Assembly: GCA_964016885.1 (NCBI GenBank)
Contig: OZ024741.1
Span: 366,420,001-366,484,000, forward strand
Reading direction: 5' to 3'
From: Eledone cirrhosa
Lineage: Eukaryota
Length of the DNA: 64,000 nt
Positions 1 through 12,928 of this stretch are shown here, piece by piece (position 1 is the first letter of the stretch; each line of letters begins with the position of its first letter). Both the position numbers and the translations under genes were made by a program. The notes beneath the pieces are model-generated. The model ran no database searches and was not told the origin of the DNA. It worked only from the letters and a program-made list of their open reading frames with translations.

Positions 1-589
1 AGCTATTCCGGCAGAACCATTCGCTAGAAACATATTACGAAGTCGGAAACACTCTTTACTCCTTAACTACACTAATATGAAGGCACAATTGCTTAAGATT
101 AAATCTAATGCTATGTGGTAATCTAATATGAGTTAACTGCGCACTCATGAATATATCTGGATAAACAGAGGTGCCGGACCATCACTTTCCGAAAGATCGT
201 TCTTGTACCTGTAACTAGAAGATATTTGTTGGTGCTTTACTCATTCTACTTTTCGAATTGGTTGTGAATTTAATATAACTTTGGTTTAATTTTGATCAAG
301 AACGCGATATAATAAAAGAGATGTTTCCTCGTGCACAGCATGTGACATCTTATGTTTAAAATGTCTTCTTTCCGTGCAAGACAGACTGTGTGTCCATTTA
401 GAAAATGTATAACTCAGTTAAAACAAATTATGGTTTTAATAGGAAGTACATTAAAACATCTCATGGGGAAATTAATATATGCATTGAATTCATAAGATGC
501 TGTTTATTCTTATCGAGAAATTTAATTGTAACGTTACTATTTATTCTATTTCTTTTCTACAACAACAATAATAACAATAGTTTCTTATT

Positions 590-696
590 TAGGCACATGG
601 CCAACAGTTTGGAGAAAGGGGAAAGTCGATTAAATCGACCCCAGTGCGTTAGTCGTGCTTTATTCTATCTACCTCGTAAGGATTAAAGGCAAAGCT
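590..696 (-). mobile_element. 3' fragment of tRNA-derived SINE (family of 3008-3195)
   Basis: AAGTCGATTAAATCGACCCCAGTG...AAGGATTAAAGGCAAAG resembles the reverse complement of the 3' half of the SINE at 3008. Confidence 0.55.
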
Positions 697-844
697 AAAA
701 TATATATCTGGTCCTTTGATTGCCACCAAAGAATAAATAAGTAAATCAACAAATAAATAAACAAACACATAAATAAAAAAGTGAATAAATAAAAAAGTGA
801 ATAAATAAATAGGGCAGTCTGATCAGAGACATTTTATTAGATAA

Positions 845-934
<90 letters not shown>

Positions 935-974
935 GAAATCAAAGAACGCCTACATACTCATACAATTTTTATTT

Positions 975-1019
975 GCTGACAATGTTTCATCCATACCATT
1001 GGGCAGGTATCATCAGAGC
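975..1019 (-). ncRNA. minimal type I hammerhead ribozyme motif
   Basis: Minus strand GCT-CTGATGA-TACCTGCCCAATGGTATGGAT-GAAAC-ATT-GTC-AGC: stem I GCT/AGC, canonical core, GUC site. Stem II is imperfect. Lies near a (TA)n(TG)n tract. Confidence 0.65.
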
Positions 1020-2489
1020 TTTATAAACAAAAATACAGTGTTTACCGAGCTTAGTCACATGAACATTAGAAATACAATAGAGGGTAACAAGAGGGAGATC
1101 GGAAATGGCGAGTATGGAGAGAGTGCATACTGGGGTTGTTATTCAGCACTACAGCTAAACGCAATGGTACAGGCAGATTTTTTCACAAGATGCAGAAGCA
1201 CGTGAGGGCACACAAAAGCAAAAATTATAAACAATAGTTAAAACATATAATAATAAAGTAAAAGGAAAATAATAATATAAAGAGATAAATAAATTTTTTA
1301 AAGAAAAAAGAAAAACTTTTAAAGCACACAAAAAAAGAGAGGAAGCTATGCGTTTGCTACTATATATAACAGGTGATTTAGTTCTCCATAACTTAGAGTT
1401 ATAGAAATACTAAAAGGCTCCCAGGGTACCTTCAGAAAGCCCAAATGGGATTTTATTCTTCCCCATAGTATACATAATCAAGGTATACTAGTAGGTTATG
1501 GAATTATGTGGACCATGGGTACTAAACCTGTATATAGACAGGCACCACATAAATACAAGCCAAACACAAACAAAGCGGGGTTAATGCATGATCAAGCTAA
1601 AGCAAAAATACATAACAAAAATGGTTTAGTTCCTGAAAAAACACACATCTGGCGAGGAGTCACTACATATGTGTATCTACCGTATAGGTTAGTCCAATCG
1701 GTTTCATATGCCTCGATTGTCTAGGAGTTATAAAGACAGTGGATTATCCGTAGATAGTAATTCAGTCCAGAGTTTACAACATATGTAGATCGTCCGTAAA
1801 GTGCAACCCAGTCGGATTCATACGCTTACCAAAACAAAACATCACATATAGTAACATGCAATACAGGCTGAATTTACACATCAAAAAAATCTCCACGTGT
1901 TCAAAATCCCAGATCGTGAAGTACAATGTGTCCAAGTTGCAGCTCCAGATTCTGTACAACCAAATTCGTCGCACCTAATCCAGCCACGAACACGTCAAAA
2001 CAATGCCAGGTTAAGTGTAGCAGTAATTCACCGTTGACCAAACACATACAGCACGTGGATTAACAATGGTGGTTCGTGGTCTACGTAAATAAAAAATAAT
2101 AAAATATATATATATATATATATATATTATATTGTATCTCAGAGAAAGCACTTGCATCATCCACTGGCCCTCCCTCTGGTTCCAAACTAGCAGAGTCATA
2201 ATGACCAGACTTCTCCATGATAGTGTAGTTAAGGGATAGATTGAATACTGGACATCGAAAATCAGTGTGATTGGGGCTGTCCGATCAGATGCACAATATT
2301 GGAGCGGCATCTTTCTTTCCAGATACTTCACCCGGCACGCAAGAGATATTGAACTTAGTTCAGTTAGTTAAGGAACCGTTTGTCAGCATTGCATTACTGC
2401 GGCTTCTTAGTATAAACATTGTTCCTGTTTACATCTAGGTTAACTGAGTCATTAGAGAGTTCTAACTGAGACTTCTAACCAGTGACGGA

Positions 2490-2772
2490 GGTATCTGTCT
2501 CACAATCATAAGGTTGTGATTTCGATTCTTGGACCAATCGATGCGTTGTGCCCTTGAACAAGATACTTTAAATCACGTTGCTCCAGTTCAGTTATCTGGA
2601 AAAAATAAGCTACCTGTAATTCAAATGACCAAACTTGTCCCACACTGTCAAGCTGAATCTCCTTGAGAACTAAGTTATGAGTAGACATGTCTGTGAAATT
2701 CTCGATCACTTGCATGTTAATTTCACAAGCAGGTTGTTTTCTTTGAATCAACTGAACACTTATCGTCAGAAC
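2490..2772 (+). mobile_element. tRNA-derived SINE with CORE/Meta-like central domain
   Basis: B-box-like GATTTCGATTC and GTGCCCTTGAACAAGATACTT central motif; similar to copies at 38808 and 51265. Confidence 0.7.
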
Positions 2773-3007
2773 TTACAAACGTTCTACGCACATACGCACA
2801 CACGCACACACACACACACATACACACATACACACATACACACAAACAGGCACACACACAAACACACATACACACACAGATGCACACACATACACACACA
2901 CACGCACACCGGGACCCTTAGAATAAATATCAGAATCATTTCAAAGTTAAGTGACTTATAATCAGTGACAGAGTAGAAATCAACAATTGGTTTATCCATT
3001 ATTTGTA

Positions 3008-3195
3008 AGGCGGTGGAATAGCAGTATCGGTAGAGGGGCGGACGCCATACTTTGCAGTTTAGAGTTACGGCCCTTTACGTTCTGAGTTAAAATCCCGCCA
3101 AGGTTAACTTTGCCTTTTATCCTTACGGGGTCGATAAAATAAAGTACCAGTAATGCTCTGGGATAATTGCTGGCCTTGTACCAAAAGTAGAAACA
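3008..3195 (+). mobile_element. full-length tRNA-derived SINE (Octopus-type)
   Basis: GGCGGTGGAATAGCAGTATCGGTAGAG head, B-box-like GAGTTAAAATCCC, tail GGCCTTGTACCAAAAGTAGAAAC. 10-bp TSD ATTATTTGTA at 2998-3007 and 3196-3205. Confidence 0.85.
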
Positions 3196-3254
3196 ATTAT
3201 TTGTATTTGTGTATAATTATATGTGTGAGAGAATATTCGTATGTGTATCTTGTG

Positions 3255-5155
3255 TGTGTGTTTAACTGGACGTGCTTATATTAATGTGTTTAACTGTGTG
3301 GTTATATTATTATGTGTTTAACTGGACGTGGTTATACTAGTATGTGTTTAACTGGACGTGGTTATATTAGTATGTGTTTAACTGGACGTGGTTATATTAG
3401 TATGTGTTTAACTGTGTGGTTATATTAGTGTGTTTAACTGGACGTGGTTATATTAGTATGTGTTTAATTGTATATGGCTATATTAGTATGTGTTTAACTT
3501 ATATGGTTATATAAGTATGTCTTTAACTGTATGTGGTTATATTAGTATGTGTTTAACTGTATGTGGTTATATTAGTATGTGTTTAACTGTATGTGGTTAT
3601 ATTAGTATGTGTTTAACTGTATGTGGTTATATTAGTATGTGTTTAACTCTATGTGGTTATATTAGTATGTGTTTAACTGTATGTGGTTATATTAGTATGT
3701 GTTTAACTCTATGTGGTTATATTAGTATGTGTTTAACTGTATGTGGTTATATTAGTATGCGTTTAACTGGACGTGGTTATATTAGTATGTGTATAACTGT
3801 GTAGTTATATTAGTATGTGTTTAACTGCATGTGGTTATATTAGTATGTGTTTAACTGTATGTGGTTATATTAGTATGTGTTTAACTGCATGTGGTTATAT
3901 TAGTAAGTGTTTAACTGTGTAGTTATATTAGTATGTGTTTAACTGGACGTGGTTATACTAGTATGTGTTTAACTGGACGTGGTTATATTAGTATGTGTTT
4001 AACTGGACGTGGTTATATTAGTATGTGTTTAACTGCATGGGGTTATATTATTATGTGTTTAACTGGACGTGGTTATATTAGTATGTGTTTAACTGTATGT
4101 GGTTATATTAGTATGTGTTTAACTGGACGTGGTTATATTAGTATGTGTTTAACTGTACGTGGTTATATTAGTATGTGTTTAACTGGACGTGGTTATATTA
4201 GTATATGTTTAACTGTATGTGGTTATATTAGTATGTGTTTAACTGTATTTGGTTATATTAGTATGTCTTCAACTGCATGTGGTTATATTAGTATGTGTTT
4301 AACTGTATGTGGTTATATTAGTATGTGTTTAACTGCATGTGGTTATATTAGTATGTGTTTAACTGTATATGGTTATATTAGTGTGTGTTTAATTGTGTGT
4401 GGTTATATTAGTATGTGTTTAACTGTGTGGTTATATTAGTATGTGTTTAACTGTATATAGTTATATTTGTATGTGTTTAACTGTGTGTGGTTATATTTGT
4501 ATGTGTTTAACTGTGTGTGGTTATATTAGTACGTGTTTAACTGTGTGGTTATATTAGTATGTGTTTAACTGTATATAGTTATATTTGTATGTGTTTAACT
4601 GTGTGTGATTATATTAGTATGTGTTTAACTGTGTGTGGTTATATTAGTATGTGTTTCAACTGTATATGGTTTAACTGTGTGTGGTTATATTTGTATGTGT
4701 TTAACTGTATATGGTTATATAAGTATGTGTTTAACTGTATGTGTTATATTAGTATGTGTTTAACTGTATGTTTATATTAGTATGTGTTTAACTGTATATG
4801 GTTATATTAGTATGTTTAACTGTATGTGTTATATTAGTATGTGTTTAACTGTATGGTTATATTAGTATGTGTTTAACTGTATATGGTTATATAAGTATGT
4901 GTTTAACTGTATGTGTTATATTAGTATGTGTTTAACAGTATGGTTATATTAGTATGTGTTTAACTGTATATGGTTATATTAGTATGTGTCTAACTGTCTG
5001 TGGTTATATTAGTATGTGTTTAACTGGACGTGGTTATATTAGTATGTGTTTAACTGTATGTCGTTATATTAGTATGTGTTTAACTGTATATGGTTATATT
5101 AGTATGTGTTTAACTGTATGTGGTTATATTAGTATGTGTTCAACTGTATGTGGTG
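3255..5155. repeat. 30-bp minisatellite, roughly 60 units
   Basis: Unit GGTTATATTAGTATGTGTTTAACTGTATGT with variants (GGACGT/GCATGT/GTGT). Produces the spurious GYISMCLTVC ORFs. Confidence 0.95.
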
Positions 5156-5321
5156 TAAGCGCAGATATTGTAATTGTACATGAAAGCATTAAGTGTATAT
5201 GTCTCGGAACAATTGTCTAATTGCAATCAAATGTTTTGTTTGTTTGTAGTTTTCCTTAAAGTCTTTGATGATAACCCACCTGTACTGTATTGTCATAACT
5301 TCTTCAGACTTAATAAATGAA

Positions 5322-5569
5322 TTTTGACTTTGAATTCTCTAAACTGTATTTAATAAAAGTCATTTACATATTGTTTGCGTGAAAAAAAAACATTCAACGC
5401 TAGTTTTCTTTCTCTCGTTTTTATTCTTTTCAAGATATATTATTCTGCGTCATATGTTTATATTCGTTAAATTAATATATATAGAAAACTAGCGTTTAAT
5501 GTTTTTTTTTACGCAAACAAAATGTAAATGACTTTTATTAAATACATTTTAGACAATTCAAAGTCAAAA
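5322..5569. repeat. fold-back inverted repeat (about 88-bp arms)
   Basis: 5322-5409 (TTTTGACTTTGAATT...CTAGTTTTCT) is the near reverse complement of 5483-5569. Confidence 0.85.
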
Positions 5570-5904
5570 AAGTATCTCACGATAATTTTATGTATTATGA
5601 AGCTATTTAACCTTTTTGTTAGCATATTTCTAATGAAATAATGAAAGACACTGATTATGGTTTTCAAATCCATTTGAAAATAATCAAAAATCTTGGAGGG
5701 ATTTATTGATATATATCTAATTTTCTCATTACGTTTGTGTTTGGAACATAACTTTCTTACATAAAATTATTGTGAGATACTTTTAGATAAATATAAACAC
5801 ATTAAAAGAAATGGTTCTGTATTATGGAACTACGGATGCTTTGATATCAAAGGGTTAAGCTTTATAAGTTTTACAAGTAAATGTACCTTCAAAGCAAATT
5901 TAAG

Positions 5905-7375
5905 GAAACATTAGTACCAGTTTGGCATTTTCCCGTCAAATTTAAAGTACTATATCTCAGCTCAAATTAAAAGTTATTAATCAGAATAACATTCATTGAA
6001 ATCTATACATTTTCGCTAATGAGATACATATATATTTATTTCTATTTGGTGGAATTCTGAAGTCATTGAACTGATGAACACTTCTTTATGCTGCAAACTG
6101 GTTGCTGGAAATCTTTGGCAGAAAGTTATCGAGATACTTGAAAAAGGAGTCGTCATTACGAAAGAGATTCGGGCAGTAAAGTGGGTAACGTAGAGGTTCT
6201 TAACCCAATTCGTTCACTTTCTATAAACTCTTTTGCGAGGGATATTTCATAGAGAATTCTTTACAGTTCTGTGTGTATTTTGTCGATTTCCTGGCAACAT
6301 ATTTCTGCTGCTATGTTTTCGCCAGTGTTCAAGAAATAGTAGTGGGTCATTCCACATGCCGACTATCTATCAAATAATTATTACAACCAGATTTTTATGC
6401 AGATATGGTTGGACAAAGTGTTTTCGTGCTTCGCCACAATCCGACCATTGCTGGGAACGTTGTAAATTGTCCTATAGAATACATTTTTGTCACTTATCAC
6501 AATGTGGTCAAGAAATTGATCGTTTCTTGTTACGTTAGAAAGCACAGAACATATTTCCTAACGCCGATTTGATTTTTTTTTGTGTTTTTTTTTGTGGGAG
6601 GGGGCTTTTTGTGGTTGTGGTGGGGTGTCTTCTCTTTTTCGTTCAGCGTGTGCGGCAGTTGACTTGTTCGAATCTTTTAACTTGACTATGTGGTGCATAT
6701 CAAATATTGGATGGTTAAAATTTAATTCTACAAACTGCAGAGTGATTTTGCTTGGGTCCGATTCAATAGTTCCCCGCAAATATTTGTCATTCGCAGAAGG
6801 TCGCCCGCAACCTTCCTCATCACCAGTGCTCTCGATTTCTCCACAACATTCTTTTAAATAATTGTTTCTACTTTTGGCACAAGGCCAGCAATTACCCAGT
6901 ACATTACTGGTACTTTATTTTATAGACCCCGTAAGGATGAAAGGCAAAGTTAACCTCGACGGGATTTTAACTCAGACCGTAAAGGGACGTAACTATGCTG
7001 GAAAGCATGGCGTCCAACCCTCTACCAATACTTCCAATTCACCGCTCTACAACATTCTTTTAAATAATATACGTTCATTCACGATCTGCTGGCCTAACGC
7101 TTGGTTGATATGACGAGCAGTTTACTCTGCTTTGCATTCCATTTTGAACTCACACAATAAAATCGCTCTACTTTGCTATTTTCCCATCTTTAATTTGACA
7201 GCCGAAAATAAACAAGAATAAACAATAAAAGAAAGCCATTAGCATAAATCAATAGAGCAAAATATGCGATTCAAAATAGTATATTACATGAACATAGTTA
7301 AATAAAACTTCATTCTAAAATAAGCATCAATGTTTACCATAATAAAAACTGCAATTATTTTTACTGCAACCAAAT
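5905..7375 (-). pseudogene. decayed mariner (Hsmar1/cecropia-like) transposon, interrupted by a SINE
   Basis: Minus-strand pieces read RAILLCEFKM..TARHINQALG, GRPS..LRGTIESDP, FLDHIVISDK, QEIDKIH, FFKYLDNFL and RKCIDFNECYSD, collinear with the Hsmar1 transposase as I recall it. TIR-like AAAACTGCAATTATTTTTACTGCAACCAAATA at about 7345-7376. Many stops and frameshifts; left end uncertain. Confidence 0.85.
6863..7048 (-). mobile_element. tRNA-derived SINE inserted in the mariner
   Basis: Reverse complement of the 3008 family. 20-bp TSD ACAACATTCTTTTAAATAAT at 6843-6862 and 7049-7068. Confidence 0.9.
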
Positions 7376-7859
7376 ACTATTGCTGAGATGCTGTAATACA
7401 ATATTTAGATAGATATGTAGGTCTGAAAATAGAATATCGAATTAGATTCTGCCTTTCAAAGTAACAATTATTCATTAGTATATCTGCATAACAATGCCAA
7501 GAGGAAAATCTCGAAAACTCTCCATATATAAATTCTATAAATGTTTTTAATATCTTATTTAGTGAGGTGGGAAATGCCTTTCGTGTATATAGGAAAGCCA
7601 CTTCTTAGATTTATGCTCAAGCTTTTATTATAAGTGCTTCTTTCGTTGTAGAACCTAATTTAGAGAATTGTATATCTGGTTTTAAGTGGAATTTGGATGT
7701 GTGATGAATCATCCGTTGGTTTCGATGATGAGCACTCAATCATTTGATCAACTGAACGTCTCCTACTTGTAAATAAGCGATTAGGCGGCTGAGTATTCTA
7801 CAAATATATGTACCCTTAAAATAATTCACAAGTAAAGGCTGCACTTTTGAATTACATTT

Positions 7860-8030
7860 ATAATCTATCTGACGGGCTTCCACACAGTTTCCGTCTACCT
7901 AATTTCATTCACAAAGTATGGGTTTACATGGGCAATGGTAAAGACATTTGCATAAGATACTGCGCAGTGGGATGGAACCTGGAACCTCATGATTGTGATA
8001 TGAACTTAATCACTCGGCCATGCCAGCGTC
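7860..8030 (-). mobile_element. tRNA-derived SINE of another family (degraded)
   Basis: Minus strand starts GGCATGGCCGAGTGATTAAG (A box) ... GGTTCCAGGTTCCATCCCACTGCG (B box) and ends GTGTGGAAGCCCGTCAGA. Confidence 0.65.
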
Positions 8031-8759
8031 CACAGTAGTGTAATATAGTAGTGTAGAAATTCAACATAGGCAATTTATGGACAAGTGTATTAGTAAGTAA
8101 CAGTTTAGTGCTTAGTAGGACATTTTATGTGTTTGAATGATTATTAGTTTATGTTTCTAGTCTACATCGTGTTTCTGTAGTCTTGTATTTCTATACAGAT
8201 TGTTTTGTTTGCGTTTTTTGTTGCTGTTGTTGTTGTTATTGTTTAGCCCTACTTTAGTTCCGAATGAGCAGATCCCTAATCTAAATCATTCCTATTTTTA
8301 GTGTCCCGTTTTCTTCTTGCTTTGAGGCATAGTGTACTACATTATTCAAGGTCTCTTTTTCAGACAATAGCATGTGATTTTGGCTGTTGGTCCATGCAGA
8401 CTACTTTCTTGGTGAATCTCTTTGGTTTATGACATTCGTTGTTATTCCATGTATCTAGTAGAGATATGTGGGTTTTATATTCTCCTGTCGACTGATGAAG
8501 CTGATATAGTTCACATCTGCGAATTGATAAAATAAACTCCGCACAAGATAGAACCGCCAGACAGTTTTATTTCTTGGAAGTAAGATTTAAGCAAAGTGTT
8601 TAAATATAGTATAGGGGATGCGGTACGATTTTTTTATATAGGTGCACATTACTACATCAAAAACATAAGCAGGTGCACCGTGTCTGCTTGAGTGTAGTAT
8701 ACATAATACTAGTTCATGGTAGCGTCAGAAAGTACAGAGAGAAGACATATGAAGTTTCT

Positions 8760-8950
8760 GATTTGGGGATTATAGTTTACTGGTGAGCAAAACTTTGCCA
8801 ATCAATTGAGTGGTACTTTTATGGGGTCTAAGAAGTTTGTTAGTGTAGCGCTGGCATTCCCACAGATGCGTGAGCATTACTCTAATGGGGGCCATGCTTC
8901 TGCCCTGTAAAGTTTCATCTAAGATCTAAACTAACGTATTTTCTGCTTTT
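8760..8950 (-). pseudogene. old Jockey-group (CR1/L2-like) LINE RT C-terminal remnant
   Basis: Minus strand KLYRAEAWPPLE*CSRICGNASATLTNFLD resembles the LYKAQIRPxLEYCSHIW motif. Confidence 0.45.
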
Positions 8951-9339
8951 ACGTTGGACAGTTAGTCTATCAAAGCAATTTCTGTTAAAATTAGTTTTAT
9001 CACTGCAACATATTGTCGGGGCTATTAGTTCCAAATATGAATTGATAAGAATTTGCAGACGAACAAATATGTGAGAAAATGTTTAATAAATTTGAGATGA
9101 GTTTATGAAAAACGTCTTTGATCATTTTCCGATGAATTAAAGTATTTTGAACACAATTTTCAGGCTTATGTCCGTTGTTGAAAGAGTGATGATATGTTAT
9201 AGAAATATGATGTTGCTATTTCGTGAAATGTTTCCGTAGTTTTCCGATTAATGTTATAATTTTTAAAAAAAGTCAATTTGAATGGGAGTTTGTGAATTTA
9301 AATTAATCTATAATATGAAAGTGGGGTTTTATAACGTGA

Positions 9340-9460
9340 AACCGCATCGTCTTGTGGTTAGGAGTGATGGACTCACAATCACAAGGTCATGTGTTCGATT
9401 CTTGGCTTCAGGGTGCGTTCTATTCTTGAATAAAATACTTTATCTCAGGCTGCTCCTTCT
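9340..9460 (+). mobile_element. 5' part of CORE/Meta-type SINE
   Basis: GTCTTGTGGTTAGG...GTGTTCGATTC...TTCTTGAATAAAATACTTTATCTC head and central motif. Confidence 0.55.
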
Positions 9461-10389
9461 GCGAGGAGTTGTAACCGGAAGAAAATATCAGCAATGGAAT
9501 GATCAATGGAAACATTGTTTCCCTAGTTCGATCTAATGATTGGCTCCTTTCCTTTTATACAATACAATCTACCGTCAAACTAAAGAACAGTAAAACGATC
9601 TCAGAAGAAAGCAACCCACTTTTTTCACAGTGTTTTATAGACACCATATTAGTAATTTACAGGTCATGTTTTCGATTCTTAGCTGTGGGCGAATCTCTCA
9701 CGCTTTGACATGAGATGATAAAATCAAGCATTTTTAGCGACCAGCTTTGAATTTTAGCAATGATTTGTTCATAAATAGTGAGAGCATATCGTAGCGCTGA
9801 GTACAAGTAGTGATAGACTACTTCTAAAATTACTAGTATTAGTAAAGAAGAGCTTGTAATGATAGTGACGGTAGGATGTTTGTGTTAATGGCCGGTGATA
9901 GTACTGGCAATGTTGCGATATTCAGAAAAACGTCTATATGATATATATTCAAGCTTGAACTTGGACAGGAACTCTAAGAAAGAAGCTCTCCTTCCTGGGT
10001 TGGTTAGGGTTTGATCATGGCAGAATTTTCATTCTACTCTACAAATTCGTCTTTTACACTATATCAATAACACAAACAGCAATGAACTATCATTCTTTCT
10101 ACAGTAGCCATTGTATATGGTACAAAGGAATTATATCTGGTCTATCGTCACCTTCATTTCTTCTTAATTATCCATTTCACCAAACCTAATCTGTTGCCCT
10201 GTAACAACACTACCAGTTGGCATTTGGATATTATTTGCAAAGACCACTCTGTTGCAAACATCGAGATGAGATCTCCGATTTCATAATACTTTTCTGTCTC
10301 CTTCTAATTACCACCTGTCTTAAGATCCTGAAAAGGTTCTTGCTCATTGCTGTTATTCGCTGGTTTCTTATTTAACATACGTCTAACCT

Positions 10390-10439
<50 letters not shown>

Positions 10440-10442
<3 letters not shown>

Positions 10443-12505
10443 TTAAGTATACTATTTATGGTTATGCAAATACAAAAACCTTTTGTAGTTATATATATTT
10501 TTACAAACCCTAAATAGTGGTAGGCAGTAATATATTACTACCTTATTACCAGTAAGTTAAATAGCTCAATGTAATAACATCAGATGATTTACAGAGCAGT
10601 TATATGAATTATAAGAATCAAAGAACTGTTCAAAACATTTTTATGCTTACAACTGTTTCCTCCAAACCGAGGTTTGGATTCTTCGGAGCAATTTATTATT
10701 GAATGAACACTTATATGACCTCCTTTTCACCCAAGAGACATACAGATACATATGCAAATATTGTGGGTCAACATTCATTACAGCATTTAGAGATTACATT
10801 CATATTAAAAGATACAATCAAAAATACAGGTTAAAATACAACATGAAATTAAGCGGTTATAGAGTGCAATAGTTATACGTGTGGCAAGCACGTGCGTCTT
10901 GTTTATATAGTGTGGCAGAGAGTTACGTGTAATAGAAGCACTTAAACAGGTGATCAAGAGTGTTAAGGGGGTTGATCTGGTAATGAATTATTTATATGAT
11001 TGTTATAGCCTGTGCGTGGAGAAATAATATAAGCATTAAAAATAATGTAAGCATTAAAAATATTGGAAATGCGTAGCGAAGCGATGATATGGATTTCATG
11101 CACTGCGACATTTTCATAGTCCGGGGAGCGTATTTTTCAGATTATATGCCCCTCACATAATCCACGACGATTCGATATTGGGTGTTTGACAATCCTGTTA
11201 GAGAATCGTAGTCTGATGGTCTTTAGCTCAATATAGCAGGTTGTTACGGTGCGAGAATCGACATCGAAATATTACCCGGAAGTGTGTGTATGGCTAAGGG
11301 GAGTTAATGCATGAAGGGAGGTAACTCAGTGGTTTCTATTACTAACTATTAAATTGTGTCTCAAAATAGTCCCTAACTTATAGGGTTATACGCAGTTTCT
11401 GAAAATTTAAAGTGTCTTAACTATAATGTAGTCTATTAAGCTGTGCTGAAGGTGTTCCTATTATGGTGATTATCCTCCATCGTAGAGTGCCACAATTGAA
11501 TATTTCACACAATGAGCCAGATTTCTAAATCAATGATCATAGTAATTGTAGTCTACTCATAGAACCTGGCAGGGTGATTATAGAATCACTTCAACATATA
11601 ATGATCCCTAGTAAGTTCCGGGTCAGTGTATGCTATATTGGATGTCGAAAGATAATCATCACTAGGGCAGACCAGTGGTCAATCCACACTCCTCAAGTCA
11701 CTAATCTGACCATCAATTCATACATATATGCACAACTCATACGCCACTTGCGATACATTCACTGCACTCAGCATACCGGTCGTACAGCTCATCAAAGTTA
11801 CTAGATTAATTAGTCTTCCATTTATCCAACGATGGCACTTCCTCCGCATAGCACCAACAATACAATCAATTCAATGCTTAAATTTTACATTAACTATAAA
11901 GTGGTGTAGTGCAGTTCAAGTAACTGGATGTAGTCACACCTAAAGTAGAAGTACAAAGGGGTATTCCTACTGTGAAGGGTTCTAGAGGGATGTCCCGATT
12001 AGTGTTATATTAGATCAATGAGTGTGGGGATGTGGTATAAGGTGTGCCCCTGGTGTTTGATGCTAGAGGTGGTGTCTGGTTCAAGTCCGACATTGCTATA
12101 TATTGGGCTTAAAGTTTTGGAAGGAATGTCTGAAGCGGTGCTGGCAATTTGCGAACACTTCAGATTTTTTGTTAAGTAGGTTACGGTTAGAGAAGATAAT
12201 AGTGTGGGTCTCTAGTATACAACGATTGCACTCTATAACCGATTAATTTCATGTATTTTAACCTGTATTTTTTATTGTATCTTTTAATATGAATGTAATC
12301 TCTAAATGTGTACAGCCACACTAAATGCTGTAATGAATGTTGACCCACAATATTTGCATATGTATCTGTATGTCTCTTGGGTGAAAAGGAGGTCATATAA
12401 GTGTTCATTCAATAATAAATTGCTCCGAATAATCCAAACCTCGGTTTGGAGGAAACAGTTGTAAGCATAAAAATGTTTTGAACAGTTCTTTGATTCTTAT
12501 AATTC

Positions 12506-12510
<5 letters not shown>
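10440..12510. mobile_element. non-coding Penelope-like (pLTR) element with inverted about 280-bp arms carrying hammerheads, in (TA)n
   Basis: 10601-10878 is the near reverse complement of 12215-12510. The left arm has about 160 bp extra. (TA)n on both sides; no coding capacity recognised inside. Confidence 0.7.
10644..10690 (-). ncRNA. minimal type I hammerhead motif (CCGAAGA core variant)
   Basis: TGCT-CCGAAGA-ATCCAAACCTCGGTTTGGAG-GAAAC-AGTT-GTA-AGCA. Second copy on + at 12421-12467 has the core mutated to CCGAATA. Confidence 0.7.
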
Positions 12511-12553
<43 letters not shown>

Positions 12554-12928
12554 TATCTCTCTCTATCTATCTATCTATATATCTATCTATCTATCTATCT
12601 CTCTATCAGACGTGTGTAACTTCGCGAGAAGTTTCCGTTAATTTAAGTAAGAAAAAAGCGTGAGTTTTTAGTTAAATTTTATATCATTGTGTAACTTGAC
12701 CACCCGTCTGGACCTTCAGTAGTGGGTCAACTCATTTTCGCCCCTACAGGGGCGAAATATCCGTTTGAAAAAAGTTTCTCCATCGAATCTTGGAAAAAAT
12801 ATTGTAAAAGTTTGATTACGTTATGAACGCTGCGTCCAACGATAATGGTGGTCGAGAGGCGGTAAGACTACAAAGCTCGCAGTCAACAACGTCTTCTTCA
12901 CTAGATACTATAGAGATGGAAAGACGAA

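Noticed and set aside
3008-3110. tRNA genes at SINE heads
   Set aside because: A/B boxes are present but there is no cloverleaf; they continue into SINE bodies with TSDs.
3255-5155. CRISPR array or repetitive Cys-rich protein (GYISMCLTVC)n
   Set aside because: No unique spacers and no cas genes; 28-29 bp units break the frame. It is a plain minisatellite.
10601-12510. TIR DNA transposon/MITE interpretation of the long inverted arms
   Set aside because: Arms are asymmetric, contain hammerhead motifs and lack recognisable transposon termini. A pLTR-type origin fits better, though a TIR origin is not formally excluded.
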